A stretch of DNA of 64,000 nt from Planctomycetota bacterium (GTDB lineage Bacteria; Planctomycetota; PLA2; JAEUHO01): contig CBDCWP010000021.1 of the NCBI GenBank assembly GCA_965223505.1, positions 32,001 to 96,000 of the forward strand. Direction: 5' to 3'. Shown piece after piece: positions 19,060-27,616 of this stretch. The position numbers and the translations under genes were made by a program. The notes under the pieces are model-generated. The model had not been told where the DNA came from and made no database searches. It saw nothing but the letters and a program-made list of their open reading frames with translations. How positions within the stretch are numbered: the stretch's first letter is position 1; every line of letters begins with the position of its first letter.

Positions 19060-20216
19060 CAGATCCCCCGCCTCTGGATGATCGCGACGGGATCCATCCG
19101 CCGTAGCCGCCGCGCGAGGGCAAGCGCGCTCACGGCGGCGGACAGCACCGGCACGGAGAGCGAGAACCAGAACGGGCGCGGGTCGAAGACCCACACCACG
19201 ATGCCCTTGGGGTCCAACGCCCACACCTTGTAGAGCCAGACGACGAGCACGCCCAGGGCCAGGCCCAGCAGCCACCCGGCGAACGCGACGAGCCCGGCCT
19301 CGAACGCGAGCTTTCGAACCAGCGCGCCGCGCTTGTGGCCGATCGCCAGATAGAGACCGAACTCGTCCTCGCGGACCTGGAACGCGATCACGTTCAGCAA
19401 GGCCGTCACGAACGCGACGACGATCGCGATGGCGCCCGTGATGAACCCGATCAGCAACGGCAGGTTCTCCATCGAACGATCCAGCCGCGTACGGAAGAAC
19501 GCCTCGTCGAATGTGCGAAACGCACGTTTGCCCGTGTAGTCGACGGCGTTGCGCAGATACGCGTCGCTCTCGGCCTTGCGTCCGGGTACCGCGTAGATCA
19601 GCTCGAAAGGCGGCAGACGCGCGAGCACCGACTGGGACTTCGCGGCGTGCTCGTAGTCGACGACGCCGACGCGCGAAGGGCCCTCGAGCACACCGACAAC
19701 GGTGAACCGGCCGAGGATCGCGTCGTCCTCGCTGACGTTCTGGCCGAACACGTCGCCCATCGACATGCCGCGCGCCCGCAGCACCGACGCGTGCACGACC
19801 GCGCCGTCGGAGCCTGCTGCCGGAAGCTCGCCTTTGGTGATACGGCAGCCCACGCGTTCGAGAAACCCCCGCTGGAAGTCGCTCGGCAGGGCGATCACGG
19901 GCGCGCGCCCCTCGCCGACGATCATCGGCGTTCGCATGGCCAGCGACTTCGCCGGAACGCGCTGCTCGAGCGCCGGGTTCGCGTCGAGCAGCTCCTGGAG
20001 CTCCTCGTCGAAGCTCACGCGCGAACGGGGCGCCACCATCGTGAACACCTCGAGCGGCTTGACATACGTCTCGCCCGTCGCCTCGAACGCGTTCGTCGCC
20101 GTCACGATCGCGACCATGAGGCACGTGACGAGCAGCTGAATGCCAAAGACGGGCAGAATGCGACGCGGGTTGCGGACGAGGTACGTCCAGGGCGACAGTG
20201 TGCGCTGCACGCTCAC
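19059..20216 (-). CDS. ABC transporter permease (FtsX/MacB-like)
   Basis: N-terminal TM, periplasmic loop, REDEFGLYLAIG, C-terminal TMs, RMDPVAII. Confidence 0.85.
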   Translation of the reverse strand: MSVQRTLSPWTYLVRNPRRILPVFGIQLLVTCLMVAIVTATNAFEATGETYVKPLEVFTMVAPRSRVSFDEELQELLDANPALEQRVPAKSLAMRTPMIVGEGRAPVIALPSDFQRGFLERVGCRITKGELPAAGSDGAVVHASVLRARGMSMGDVFGQNVSEDDAILGRFTVVGVLEGPSRVGVVDYEHAAKSQSVLARLPPFELIYAVPGRKAESDAYLRNAVDYTGKRAFRTFDEAFFRTRLDRSMENLPLLIGFITGAIAIVVAFVTALLNVIAFQVREDEFGLYLAIGHKRGALVRKLAFEAGLVAFAGWLLGLALGVLVVWLYKVWALDPKGIVVWVFDPRPFWFSLSVPVLSAAVSALALARRLRRMDPVAIIQRRGI

Positions 20217-21502
20217 GCCAGTGAGATGGACAGCAGCGTCTGGTCGTCCGCTTGGGGCTGGTTCGCGGTGAACACCGCCGTTGCGCGGCAGAGCCCGGCG
20301 ACCACGCCCGCGGGCGATCCCTCTGCGGCGCCGATCGCGTCCCGCACGCGCTCGTCTCCGAAGCGCTCCTGCCCCTCTCCCACGGCGTCGGCCAAACCGT
20401 CGCTGAGAATCAAGAGGGTGTCGCCCTTGGCGAGCGTCCCGCTACCGCCTTCGTACGTGGACTCGGGCAGGATGCCGAGCGGCAAGCCGAGCGGTTCGAG
20501 CCACTCATCGAGCGTGCCGTCGGCGCGCCGGATGATGGGCGCGAGGTGGCCCGCGTTCGCGAACGCGATCTCGCCGGAGGCCGGATCGAGCACCGCGTAG
20601 AAGAACGTCACGAACATGCCGCGTGACGCGCGCGCGGCGACGATCTTGTTGACGGCCGTGAGCGTCTTCGCCACGTCGTCGTGGTAGAGCGCTTCATAGC
20701 GCACGTCGGACATGATCCGGGCGCCGAACAACGCGCCGGGCACGCCCTTCCCGGACACGTCGCCGACCATCACGCCGACGCGCCCGCCCGGCAGGCGAAT
20801 CACGTCGTAGAAGTCGCCGCCGACGTGCTGTGCCGGCACGGAAGAGACGGCGCCGATCACGCCCTTCAGGGCCGGGAACTCCCCCGGCAGGAACGTCTTC
20901 TGGATCTCGGAGGCGACTTCGAGCTGTTGGCGCAGCAGGTCGCGCTCGCGCTCGGCGCGTTCGAGCCGCACGCGGTCGAGCGTCGCCGCCGCCTGGCCCG
21001 CGAAGGCCTCGATCAGCGGAATGTCCGCCTCGGTGAAGCGCCGCGTGATCGCGTTGCTGTCGACGTAGATCACGCCGATGATGCCCTGTTTCGTCTTCAA
21101 CGGCACGCACAGGATCGTGCGCAGGGAGAGGCTGATGATGCTCATGCGCGCCTGGTAGGCGTCCGACGAGGCGGCGTCGTCGATCAGCTTCGTGATGCCC
21201 TTCTCGGCGACCTCGCTGACGACCCCCTGGCTCACGCGGAACTTCTTCTCCTCCAGCGGCTTGCCCGTCTTGTCGCGGGCAATCGTGAAGTCGAGTTCGC
21301 CGGTCTCCTCGTCCCGCAACATGAGGAAGCCGCGGTCGGCGCGCACGATCGACACGAGACTGTCGACGATGGTCTCCAGCACGGCGTCGAGGTTGACCTC
21401 GGCGTTGATCCGACGCGTTACGCTCAGGAGGTTCTGAAGACCCTCGGCCTCGAGAGATTCGAGGCTGACGTCAGCTTCGGGGGCCCCTTCTTGGTCCGAC
21501 AT
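20213..21502 (-). CDS. GAF domain plus SpoIIE/RsbU-type PP2C phosphatase
   Basis: GAF (ILCVPL...GVIYVDS); VGGDFYD, GDVSGKG, NAGH, SDGL, DDQT. Confidence 0.92.
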   Translation of the reverse strand: MSDQEGAPEADVSLESLEAEGLQNLLSVTRRINAEVNLDAVLETIVDSLVSIVRADRGFLMLRDEETGELDFTIARDKTGKPLEEKKFRVSQGVVSEVAEKGITKLIDDAASSDAYQARMSIISLSLRTILCVPLKTKQGIIGVIYVDSNAITRRFTEADIPLIEAFAGQAAATLDRVRLERAERERDLLRQQLEVASEIQKTFLPGEFPALKGVIGAVSSVPAQHVGGDFYDVIRLPGGRVGVMVGDVSGKGVPGALFGARIMSDVRYEALYHDDVAKTLTAVNKIVAARASRGMFVTFFYAVLDPASGEIAFANAGHLAPIIRRADGTLDEWLEPLGLPLGILPESTYEGGSGTLAKGDTLLILSDGLADAVGEGQERFGDERVRDAIGAAEGSPAGVVAGLCRATAVFTANQPQADDQTLLSISLA

Positions 21503-21554
21503 GTGTCGCTCCGGACAACGGGCCTCGATCCTACCCCAAGGCTCGCAAGACCCC

Positions 21555-22255
21555 TCAGTGCGATGGACTTTGTCGCAGAGTCCTGTTCACGACATCGAGC
21601 AGCTTGTCGGAGAGGAACGGCTTGTTCAGGTGCGCGGTCCTGCGGGCCACTTCGCCGACGCGGCTCCGCTCGCGTCGCCGGACTCGACGATGATGGGCAT
21701 TGGCTGCGCCAGTGCCTGAATCCGCTCCGCGATCTCGCAGCCGGGCGCGTCCGGGAGGTGGTTGTCGAGCAGCGTCAGCGCGACGCGGCCAGGCGCCCCC
21801 GCGAGCAGGTCGAGGCCGTCCTTGCCCGTCGCCGACTCCCAGACCACGAACCCCGCCTGCTCGAGGTAGAGCCGGGTGATCTCGCGAACGCCGGGCTCGT
21901 CGTCGATGATGAGGACGGTCCTGCCCTCGGAAGGAGGCCCGGCCACCGCCGTCGGCGCTTCGGTTCCGGGCACGGACAGCTCGGACGGCAACGAAACGAG
22001 CACCTCGGCGCCCTTGCCGCTGCCGCCGAGTCGATCCGCCCACCGACGCGCTCGACCAGATCGCGCACGACCCACAGCCCCATGCCCGTCGCGAGCGTCG
22101 GGGCGCGCGATGACGCGGGCCATGAACGAGGCCGCGCTGCGCAGCACGGCCATCTGCTCTTCGGTCGGCTCGAACGAGCGTCCTTCGCTGGCGGCGAGGG
22201 CGGCGATGACGTCGCCGCCGTTGAGCGCGGCACGAAAGACCGTATGAGCTGCCAT
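21555..22255 (-). pseudogene. Frameshifted remnant of a hybrid histidine kinase (HATPase tail plus receiver)
   Basis: TGMGLWVVRDLVERVGGRI in one frame, GKGAEVLVSLP plus receiver (VLIIDDEPGVR...LLDNHLP) in a second, and the receiver end HLNKPFLSDKLL in a third. Confidence 0.7.
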
Positions 22256-22379
22256 GTTCCACCACCCATCCGGGTTCATCCGCGACCCACGCTAGGGAAC
22301 AGGCGCGCGCGAACAAGCCGCCTGTCGCGGTGTCTTGAGGACTGGTTCATTGCGGATACGCGTCCTGTAAGGTGCGCGC

Positions 22380-23546
22380 ATGAACGCGAAGGGCGACAGT
22401 CCCTGGCAAGTCGACCGCAATCCCCTAAGGCCGCTGCGGGGATCGGTGCGGGCCGGCACCGTGATCGTCGGCGCGGGCATCGCGGGTCTTCAGCTCGCGC
22501 GCTCGCTCGCGGAGCGCGGCGACGAGGTCGCGATCGTGGAGGCCCGGCACATCGGACACGGCGCGTCGGGGCGCAACGCCGGGTTCTTGCTCGCCGACGG
22601 CGCGACTCCGTACGCCTCGCTCGCGGCGCGAGACGGCAACGAGATCGCGCAGGCGGTCCGCTTGCTCGGAACGCGTTCACGCGAGATCGTCGCGGCGCTC
22701 GACGCGCGCGCGATCGGCCTTCGCTCGTGCGGCAGCCTACGGCTCGCATGCGACGCGGACGAGGCCGACGCCCTACGCAAGACGGTCGGCGCGCTCGGCG
22801 ACCCGCTTCGGTTCGTGGAAGCGCACGAGCTCCCGGCGCCGTGGCGCGACCACTCGTTCTTCGGCGCCGCGGAGGACCCCGACGACGGCGTGATGAATCC
22901 GATGCAGCTGCTGTGTGAGACGTGGGAGCGGGCGCGCGACGCGGGCGCCGTGTTGTTCGAGCGTTCGCCCGTTCGCTCGATCGAGGCGTCGTCCCGCGGT
23001 GTGGAGGTCACGACCGACGCGGGAACGCTCTCTGGCGAGCGTGTCGTGATCGCGACGAACGCGTGGGCGCGCGCGCTGCGTGGTCTGCCGATTCGACCGA
23101 TGCGCGCGCAGATGCTGGCGGCGCGCGTCGACCCGACGCCGGCTTGGCCGCAACCGGTGTACGCGCGTGGTGGCGCCGACTACTGGCGCGTCCTCGACGG
23201 CGAGATCCTGATCGGCGGCTGTCGCGATGCGGGCGGCCCCGCGGAGGCCTGTGACGAGGCGCGTCCGAGCACGGCCGTGCAGTCGGCGCTGGACGTGCTG
23301 CTGCGCTCCCTCGTTCCCGGGGGCGCCGTCGAGATCACTCACCGGTGGGCCGGCCTGATGGGGTTCACGCCGGACGAGCGACCGATCGCGGGGCCGATCG
23401 ACGACACCGGGCGGGTTCACGCGCTGGCCGGCTTCAACGGGCACGGGATGGGTTGGGCGCCGGCACTGGCGGAGGCGCTCGCCGAGCAGCTGACGGGCGG
23501 AAACCGAGTGCATGCATCCTTCGCCGCCGTCCGCTTCGACGGGTAG
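22380..23546 (+). CDS. FAD-dependent oxidoreductase (DAO family, PuuB-like)
   Basis: IVGAGIAG, GASGRNAG, ATNAW, WAGLMGFTPD, GFNGHG. Confidence 0.88.
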   Translation: MNAKGDSPWQVDRNPLRPLRGSVRAGTVIVGAGIAGLQLARSLAERGDEVAIVEARHIGHGASGRNAGFLLADGATPYASLAARDGNEIAQAVRLLGTRSREIVAALDARAIGLRSCGSLRLACDADEADALRKTVGALGDPLRFVEAHELPAPWRDHSFFGAAEDPDDGVMNPMQLLCETWERARDAGAVLFERSPVRSIEASSRGVEVTTDAGTLSGERVVIATNAWARALRGLPIRPMRAQMLAARVDPTPAWPQPVYARGGADYWRVLDGEILIGGCRDAGGPAEACDEARPSTAVQSALDVLLRSLVPGGAVEITHRWAGLMGFTPDERPIAGPIDDTGRVHALAGFNGHGMGWAPALAEALAEQLTGGNRVHASFAAVRFDG

Positions 23547-23557
23547 GCTGCGCCCGC

Positions 23558-24571
23558 ATGATCGAAGGCAGGGACGTCGTCACGCTCGATACTTTCACGG
23601 CCGACGAGATCCGTTGGGTAACAGCACGGGCGCGTGAAATGAAGCAGGAGGGCTTCGGCGCTCCCCTGCAGGGTCGCTCGTTGGCCATGGTGTTCTTCGA
23701 TCCGTCGCTGCGCACGCGGGCGTCGTTCGACATCGCGTTCTCGACGCTCGGTGGCACGGTGATCGACCTGGTCGCCTCGCGCGACCTCTGGCCGCTGGAG
23801 ATTCGAGAGGGCGTGGCCATGGACGGCGCGGCGGACGAGCACGTGCGCGACGCGGTCGCCGTGCTCTCCGAGTACGCGGACGCCATCGCCATTCGCGCGC
23901 TCGCGCGTCATACCGACTGGAGCCAGGAGCGGCGCGATCAGGTGATCGTGGCCTTCCAGAAGTACGCCAACGCGCCGATCTTCAACATGGAGAGCGTGCT
24001 GGACCACCCCTGCCAGGCGTGGGGCGACGCGCTCACCCTCGAAGAGGAGCTCGGTGACCTGCGGGGCAAGAAGATCGCGCTCACGTGGGTCTATCACCCC
24101 AAAGCGCGCCCGTTGGCCGTCCCCCACGGCGTCGGCGTCATGGCGGCCAAGCTCGGCATGGAGCTCACGGTCTGTCATCCCGAGGGCTACGCGCTCGACA
24201 GCGGCGTGAACGACACGATCAGCCGCTGCGCGGCGGAGTCCGGCGGCACGGTGCGAACGTGCGACGACCTGGCGGAAGCCGTGGAAGGCGCCGACGTCGT
24301 CTACGCGGCGCCCTGGGGCGCGATCGATCTACACGGTCAGCCCGAGCGCGCGAAGGCGCGTCGCGACAAGCACCGCGATCGGCGCATCACGCAATCCCTG
24401 ATGGCAGCCACGAACGCGGGGCGGTTCATGCACGCGATGCCCGTGCGTCGCAACGTCGAAGCGGACGACGCCGTGATCGACGCGCCGCACAGCTTGGTGA
24501 TCCGCCAGGCGGCGAACCGGCTTCACGTTCAGCGCGCGCTCTTCACGTCGGTCTTGGGCGCGGGCGCGTAG
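23558..24571 (+). CDS. argF: N-acylornithine (probably N-acetylornithine) carbamoyltransferase, ArgF'-type
   Basis: FFDPSLRTRASF, MDGAADEH, NMESVLDHPCQ, TWVYHPK, MHAMPVRRNVE, QAANR. Confidence 0.85.
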   Translation: MIEGRDVVTLDTFTADEIRWVTARAREMKQEGFGAPLQGRSLAMVFFDPSLRTRASFDIAFSTLGGTVIDLVASRDLWPLEIREGVAMDGAADEHVRDAVAVLSEYADAIAIRALARHTDWSQERRDQVIVAFQKYANAPIFNMESVLDHPCQAWGDALTLEEELGDLRGKKIALTWVYHPKARPLAVPHGVGVMAAKLGMELTVCHPEGYALDSGVNDTISRCAAESGGTVRTCDDLAEAVEGADVVYAAPWGAIDLHGQPERAKARRDKHRDRRITQSLMAATNAGRFMHAMPVRRNVEADDAVIDAPHSLVIRQAANRLHVQRALFTSVLGAGA

Positions 24572-24828
24572 CCGCGATCCAGGTCGAGCTCGGCGGGCGG
24601 CCGGGCCGCGGCGTCGGTGCCGCGCGCCATGAGCGCCGAGACGACGAGGATCGAGCCCAACAGCGCGAAACAGCCGGCGATCGTCCAGACGATGATCTGC
24701 GGCCAGAGGTAGACCGCGACGCCGGCGCCGATTGCGATCAGTCCCGCGACGAGCATGCCGACGCGCCACCGCATCGATCGTCCCGGGGGGTTCCACGTGC
24801 CTTGCTTGCCTTCCACCGTGCGATTCAT
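24529..24828 (-). CDS. Small membrane protein with two TM helices
   Basis: Two hydrophobic segments; 3' end overlaps the convergent argF-like gene. Confidence 0.5.
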   Translation of the reverse strand: MNRTVEGKQGTWNPPGRSMRWRVGMLVAGLIAIGAGVAVYLWPQIIVWTIAGCFALLGSILVVSALMARGTDAAARPPAELDLDRGYAPAPKTDVKSAR

Positions 24829-24912
24829 CCTCGTCCAAACCGGGTCCGGATCCGGCTGGACCGCTCCGGCGGGGTCGGTACCTTACCCTACCTTCCGAAT
24901 CCGAGGTCGCGC

Positions 24913-25149
24913 GTGGCGGACAAAGACAGCAAGCTTTCCGAAAACGTCGACGGCGCGTTCTACGTCGATGATCAGTGCATCGATTGCGACGCCTGCCGCG
25001 AGACCGCGCCCGACTTCTTCACGCGCAATGACGACCGGGGCTACTCGTACGTGTACCGGCAGCCGACGAACGAAGACGATCGGGAGCTCTGCCGCGAAGC
25101 GATGGAGGGTTGCCCGGTCGAGGCGATCGGGGAGGACGGAGAGGAGTAG
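24913..25149 (+). CDS. Ferredoxin, single Fe-S cluster type
   Basis: ENVDGAFYVDDQCIDCDACRETAPDFF...CPVEAIG; GTG start after GAGG. Confidence 0.92.
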   Translation: MADKDSKLSENVDGAFYVDDQCIDCDACRETAPDFFTRNDDRGYSYVYRQPTNEDDRELCREAMEGCPVEAIGEDGEE

Positions 25150-25174
25150 GAGGACGGGAGGCCTAGGATCCGTC

Positions 25175-26068
25175 CTACTTGGCGTTCGCCTCCGCGATCT
25201 GCTTGGCCGCGATCTCGTCGAGGCGCTTGGACGCCTTCTTGATCTCCGGATCGTTCGCCTTGATCCAGTCCTGCGCCATCTTGGCCGTCGCGAACTCCTC
25301 GCCCGTCAACAGCTTCAGCACCTCTTCGACGATGGGAACGATGTCGCGCTGGTTGCGCGCGGCGCGCTTGCCCTTGCGTTTGTTCTTCGCCATCTGCTCG
25401 CGGCCGAGGCGCTCCGCTTCGCGCTGGTCGCCGTCACCGGCCGTGCCGGTATCGACCGTGACCGACACCCCGTCCCACTTCACGCCCTTCTCGAGCTTGA
25501 TGGCCTTCAGGAGCTTGAAGATGTCCTCGACGAGCCGCATGTCCCTGAGCTCGCCGATCGCGAGGAACGCGTGCTTCTTGACCGAGTAGTCCTTGTGACT
25601 GGTGAGCTCCTTCAGCTTCTCGGACGCGGCCTGGTACTCGAGCGCGACGATGGCGTTGACGCCCGCCATCACGAGGGTCGAATCCTTACTCTGCTTCTCC
25701 ATCGCCTTGAGCACGCGCTCGCCGGCGTAGCCCGGCAGCGCGCGCTGCTTGCCCAGGTAGATGACGGCGGCGGTGCGCAGGTCCGGGCTGCGGTTCTTCG
25801 TCTGCTTGAAGAGCACGTCGGCGACCGAGCGGTGCTGCACCACCGCGAGCTGACGCATGGCCCAGTCCTGTTGAGCGAGCTTCTCGTCGCCCTTCAGCCC
25901 CTTCGCCTTGAACTCTTCCTTGAAGACGCTGATCGCTTCGGCCGCGGCCTCGTCCGACGCAATCGGCGGAATCGGTTCCTTCTTCTTCTCGTCCTCGGCC
26001 CCGGCGAACGGCGCCAAGACGGCGAGACAGAGCAACGTGACGCCGAATGCGGTCAGGTGGCGCGCCAT
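25175..26068 (-). CDS. Exported HEAT-repeat-like protein
   Basis: Signal peptide; DLRTAAVIYLG, YSVKKHAFLAIG, LKLLTGEEF...W. Confidence 0.75.
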   Translation of the reverse strand: MARHLTAFGVTLLCLAVLAPFAGAEDEKKKEPIPPIASDEAAAEAISVFKEEFKAKGLKGDEKLAQQDWAMRQLAVVQHRSVADVLFKQTKNRSPDLRTAAVIYLGKQRALPGYAGERVLKAMEKQSKDSTLVMAGVNAIVALEYQAASEKLKELTSHKDYSVKKHAFLAIGELRDMRLVEDIFKLLKAIKLEKGVKWDGVSVTVDTGTAGDGDQREAERLGREQMAKNKRKGKRAARNQRDIVPIVEEVLKLLTGEEFATAKMAQDWIKANDPEIKKASKRLDEIAAKQIAEANAK

Positions 26069-26158
26069 GGCGAATCTCCAGATCACAGGCCGTCAATGAT
26101 AGCAGGTCGAGGGATGGGAGCGCCGTGAAGTCGACGGCCGGCGCTACCCACGAAAACC

Positions 26159-27583
26159 CTATTCGTAGAGATTCAGGTACGTTCCCCCGCTCGCGTTGGC
26201 GATCGCCGCCATCATCTCGTAGGCGTGCGACTCCACCCCGATGGTGTGGATCGGGACCATGCGCAGCCGCGCCTTCAGCCCGATCGCCGCTCCGACGACC
26301 GCAGGCTCCTTGAGTTCGCCCTGGTTGGGCGCGTTGCACGCAGTGAAGAAGATCTCGTCGGGGCCCGACTTCCAGGCCGCCGAGTCCTTGGCCCCGCCCA
26401 GGTCGAGCGCGTCGCGCATCGCGTCGTAGTGCGCCATGCCCGCCCCGTGCACGAGTCCGTCGATCGTCTCGATCGCGGTCTTCTTCGTGCCCCCGTTCGC
26501 CGAGGTGAACTTGCCGAACGTCGTGTTCACCGTCGTGTTGAAGGCGAGCAGGTCGAACTTCGTCGACTTGGGCAGGTCGTTGATGGCCCGCTTAAAGTGC
26601 GCCTGGATGAACGCGCCCACGGTCAAGAGGCGCGTGTGCAGAATCGGTCGCGCACCCGGCACCTCGCACAGAGCAAGCAGGCGGTCGACATCCTTGAAGC
26701 GGTGTGGATCTTCGTTGCGCTGGCTGTTGGTGATGATGAAGACGACGCGCCGGCCGTAGACGGGAATGCCGAACGCGTGCGGGAGCTTCTCCGGCTTGCG
26801 ACGGATCGACGCCGGATCGGCGCCGCCTGCGTAGGCCTTCCACGCGGGAACGTCCAGGCCGAAGTCCTGATCGGTCAGGAACGCAAGCGTCTCGATCAGA
26901 TCGCGGCGTTCGCGCCCCTTCGACATGGCGAGGCTCGCAACGAGCGGCCCGAGCAGCGGCTGCACCTCGAAGGAGGCCGCCCGTTTCGGCTTCACGTTCG
27001 GATCGGGCTCTTCGCCTTCCTTGGGCTTGGGCGGCTCCTCCGTGGCGATGAACCGCAGGGCGCGCGCCGCGGCCGCGCGTATCTGCCAGTCCTTGTGCTT
27101 GAGCAGCTTCACGAGCGGCTCGATCGCGTCCCTGGACTTGCGCCGGCCGAGAACGAGCGCGGCCTGGGCAGCGGCCATGGCGTCCTTGCCGTTGAGCATC
27201 TCCATGAGCAGCGCGGTGCTCTTCGCGTCCGTCTGGCCCTCCATCGACATCAGCACGTAGAGCTTCGTCGCGCCCTTGCTCTTGCGCAGCGCCGTCGCCT
27301 TGGCCTCCTGCGCTTCCAGCGAGTTCTGTCCCGACAGCGCGCGGATGCCCGCGATGACCACAGCCGGGTTCTCTTCGCGGGCCATCGCCGACAACGCCTC
27401 GCCCACGGCGTCGGCGCTGTCGTGGTACGCGAGCACGGCGAACGCGTCCTCGCGTTCCTTCCAGTCGTCGCTCTTCATCGCCGCGCGAAACTCCTTGCGC
27501 GCGTCGCTCCAATCCTCGGCGACGGCGGGCGCGGGTACGGCGAACAAGCACAGCAAGACCGCGGCGGTTACGAAGCGAGGCAT
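26159..27583 (-). CDS. Exported HEAT repeat plus C-terminal vWA-like domain protein
   Basis: Signal peptide; KDWQIRAAAARAL; FGIPVYGRRVVFII, FDLLAFN, PDEIFF, IHTIGV, IANASGG. Confidence 0.8.
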   Translation of the reverse strand: MPRFVTAAVLLCLFAVPAPAVAEDWSDARKEFRAAMKSDDWKEREDAFAVLAYHDSADAVGEALSAMAREENPAVVIAGIRALSGQNSLEAQEAKATALRKSKGATKLYVLMSMEGQTDAKSTALLMEMLNGKDAMAAAQAALVLGRRKSRDAIEPLVKLLKHKDWQIRAAAARALRFIATEEPPKPKEGEEPDPNVKPKRAASFEVQPLLGPLVASLAMSKGRERRDLIETLAFLTDQDFGLDVPAWKAYAGGADPASIRRKPEKLPHAFGIPVYGRRVVFIITNSQRNEDPHRFKDVDRLLALCEVPGARPILHTRLLTVGAFIQAHFKRAINDLPKSTKFDLLAFNTTVNTTFGKFTSANGGTKKTAIETIDGLVHGAGMAHYDAMRDALDLGGAKDSAAWKSGPDEIFFTACNAPNQGELKEPAVVGAAIGLKARLRMVPIHTIGVESHAYEMMAAIANASGGTYLNLYE

Positions 27584-27616
27584 GACAGCCCAGGTTAGCG
27601 CATCGACGGAGTCCCG

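Noticed and set aside
18370..20124. 584-aa ABC ATPase
   Set aside because: The N-terminal part is off-frame over the permease; the ATPase starts at 19059.
21626..21628. Selenocysteine or readthrough at the receiver TGA
   Set aside because: In-frame readthrough gives non-receiver sequence; the KPF end lies in another frame, so this is a frameshift.
24085..25149. 354-aa ferredoxin fusion
   Set aside because: Only the last 78 aa are ferredoxin; the rest overlaps argF out of frame.
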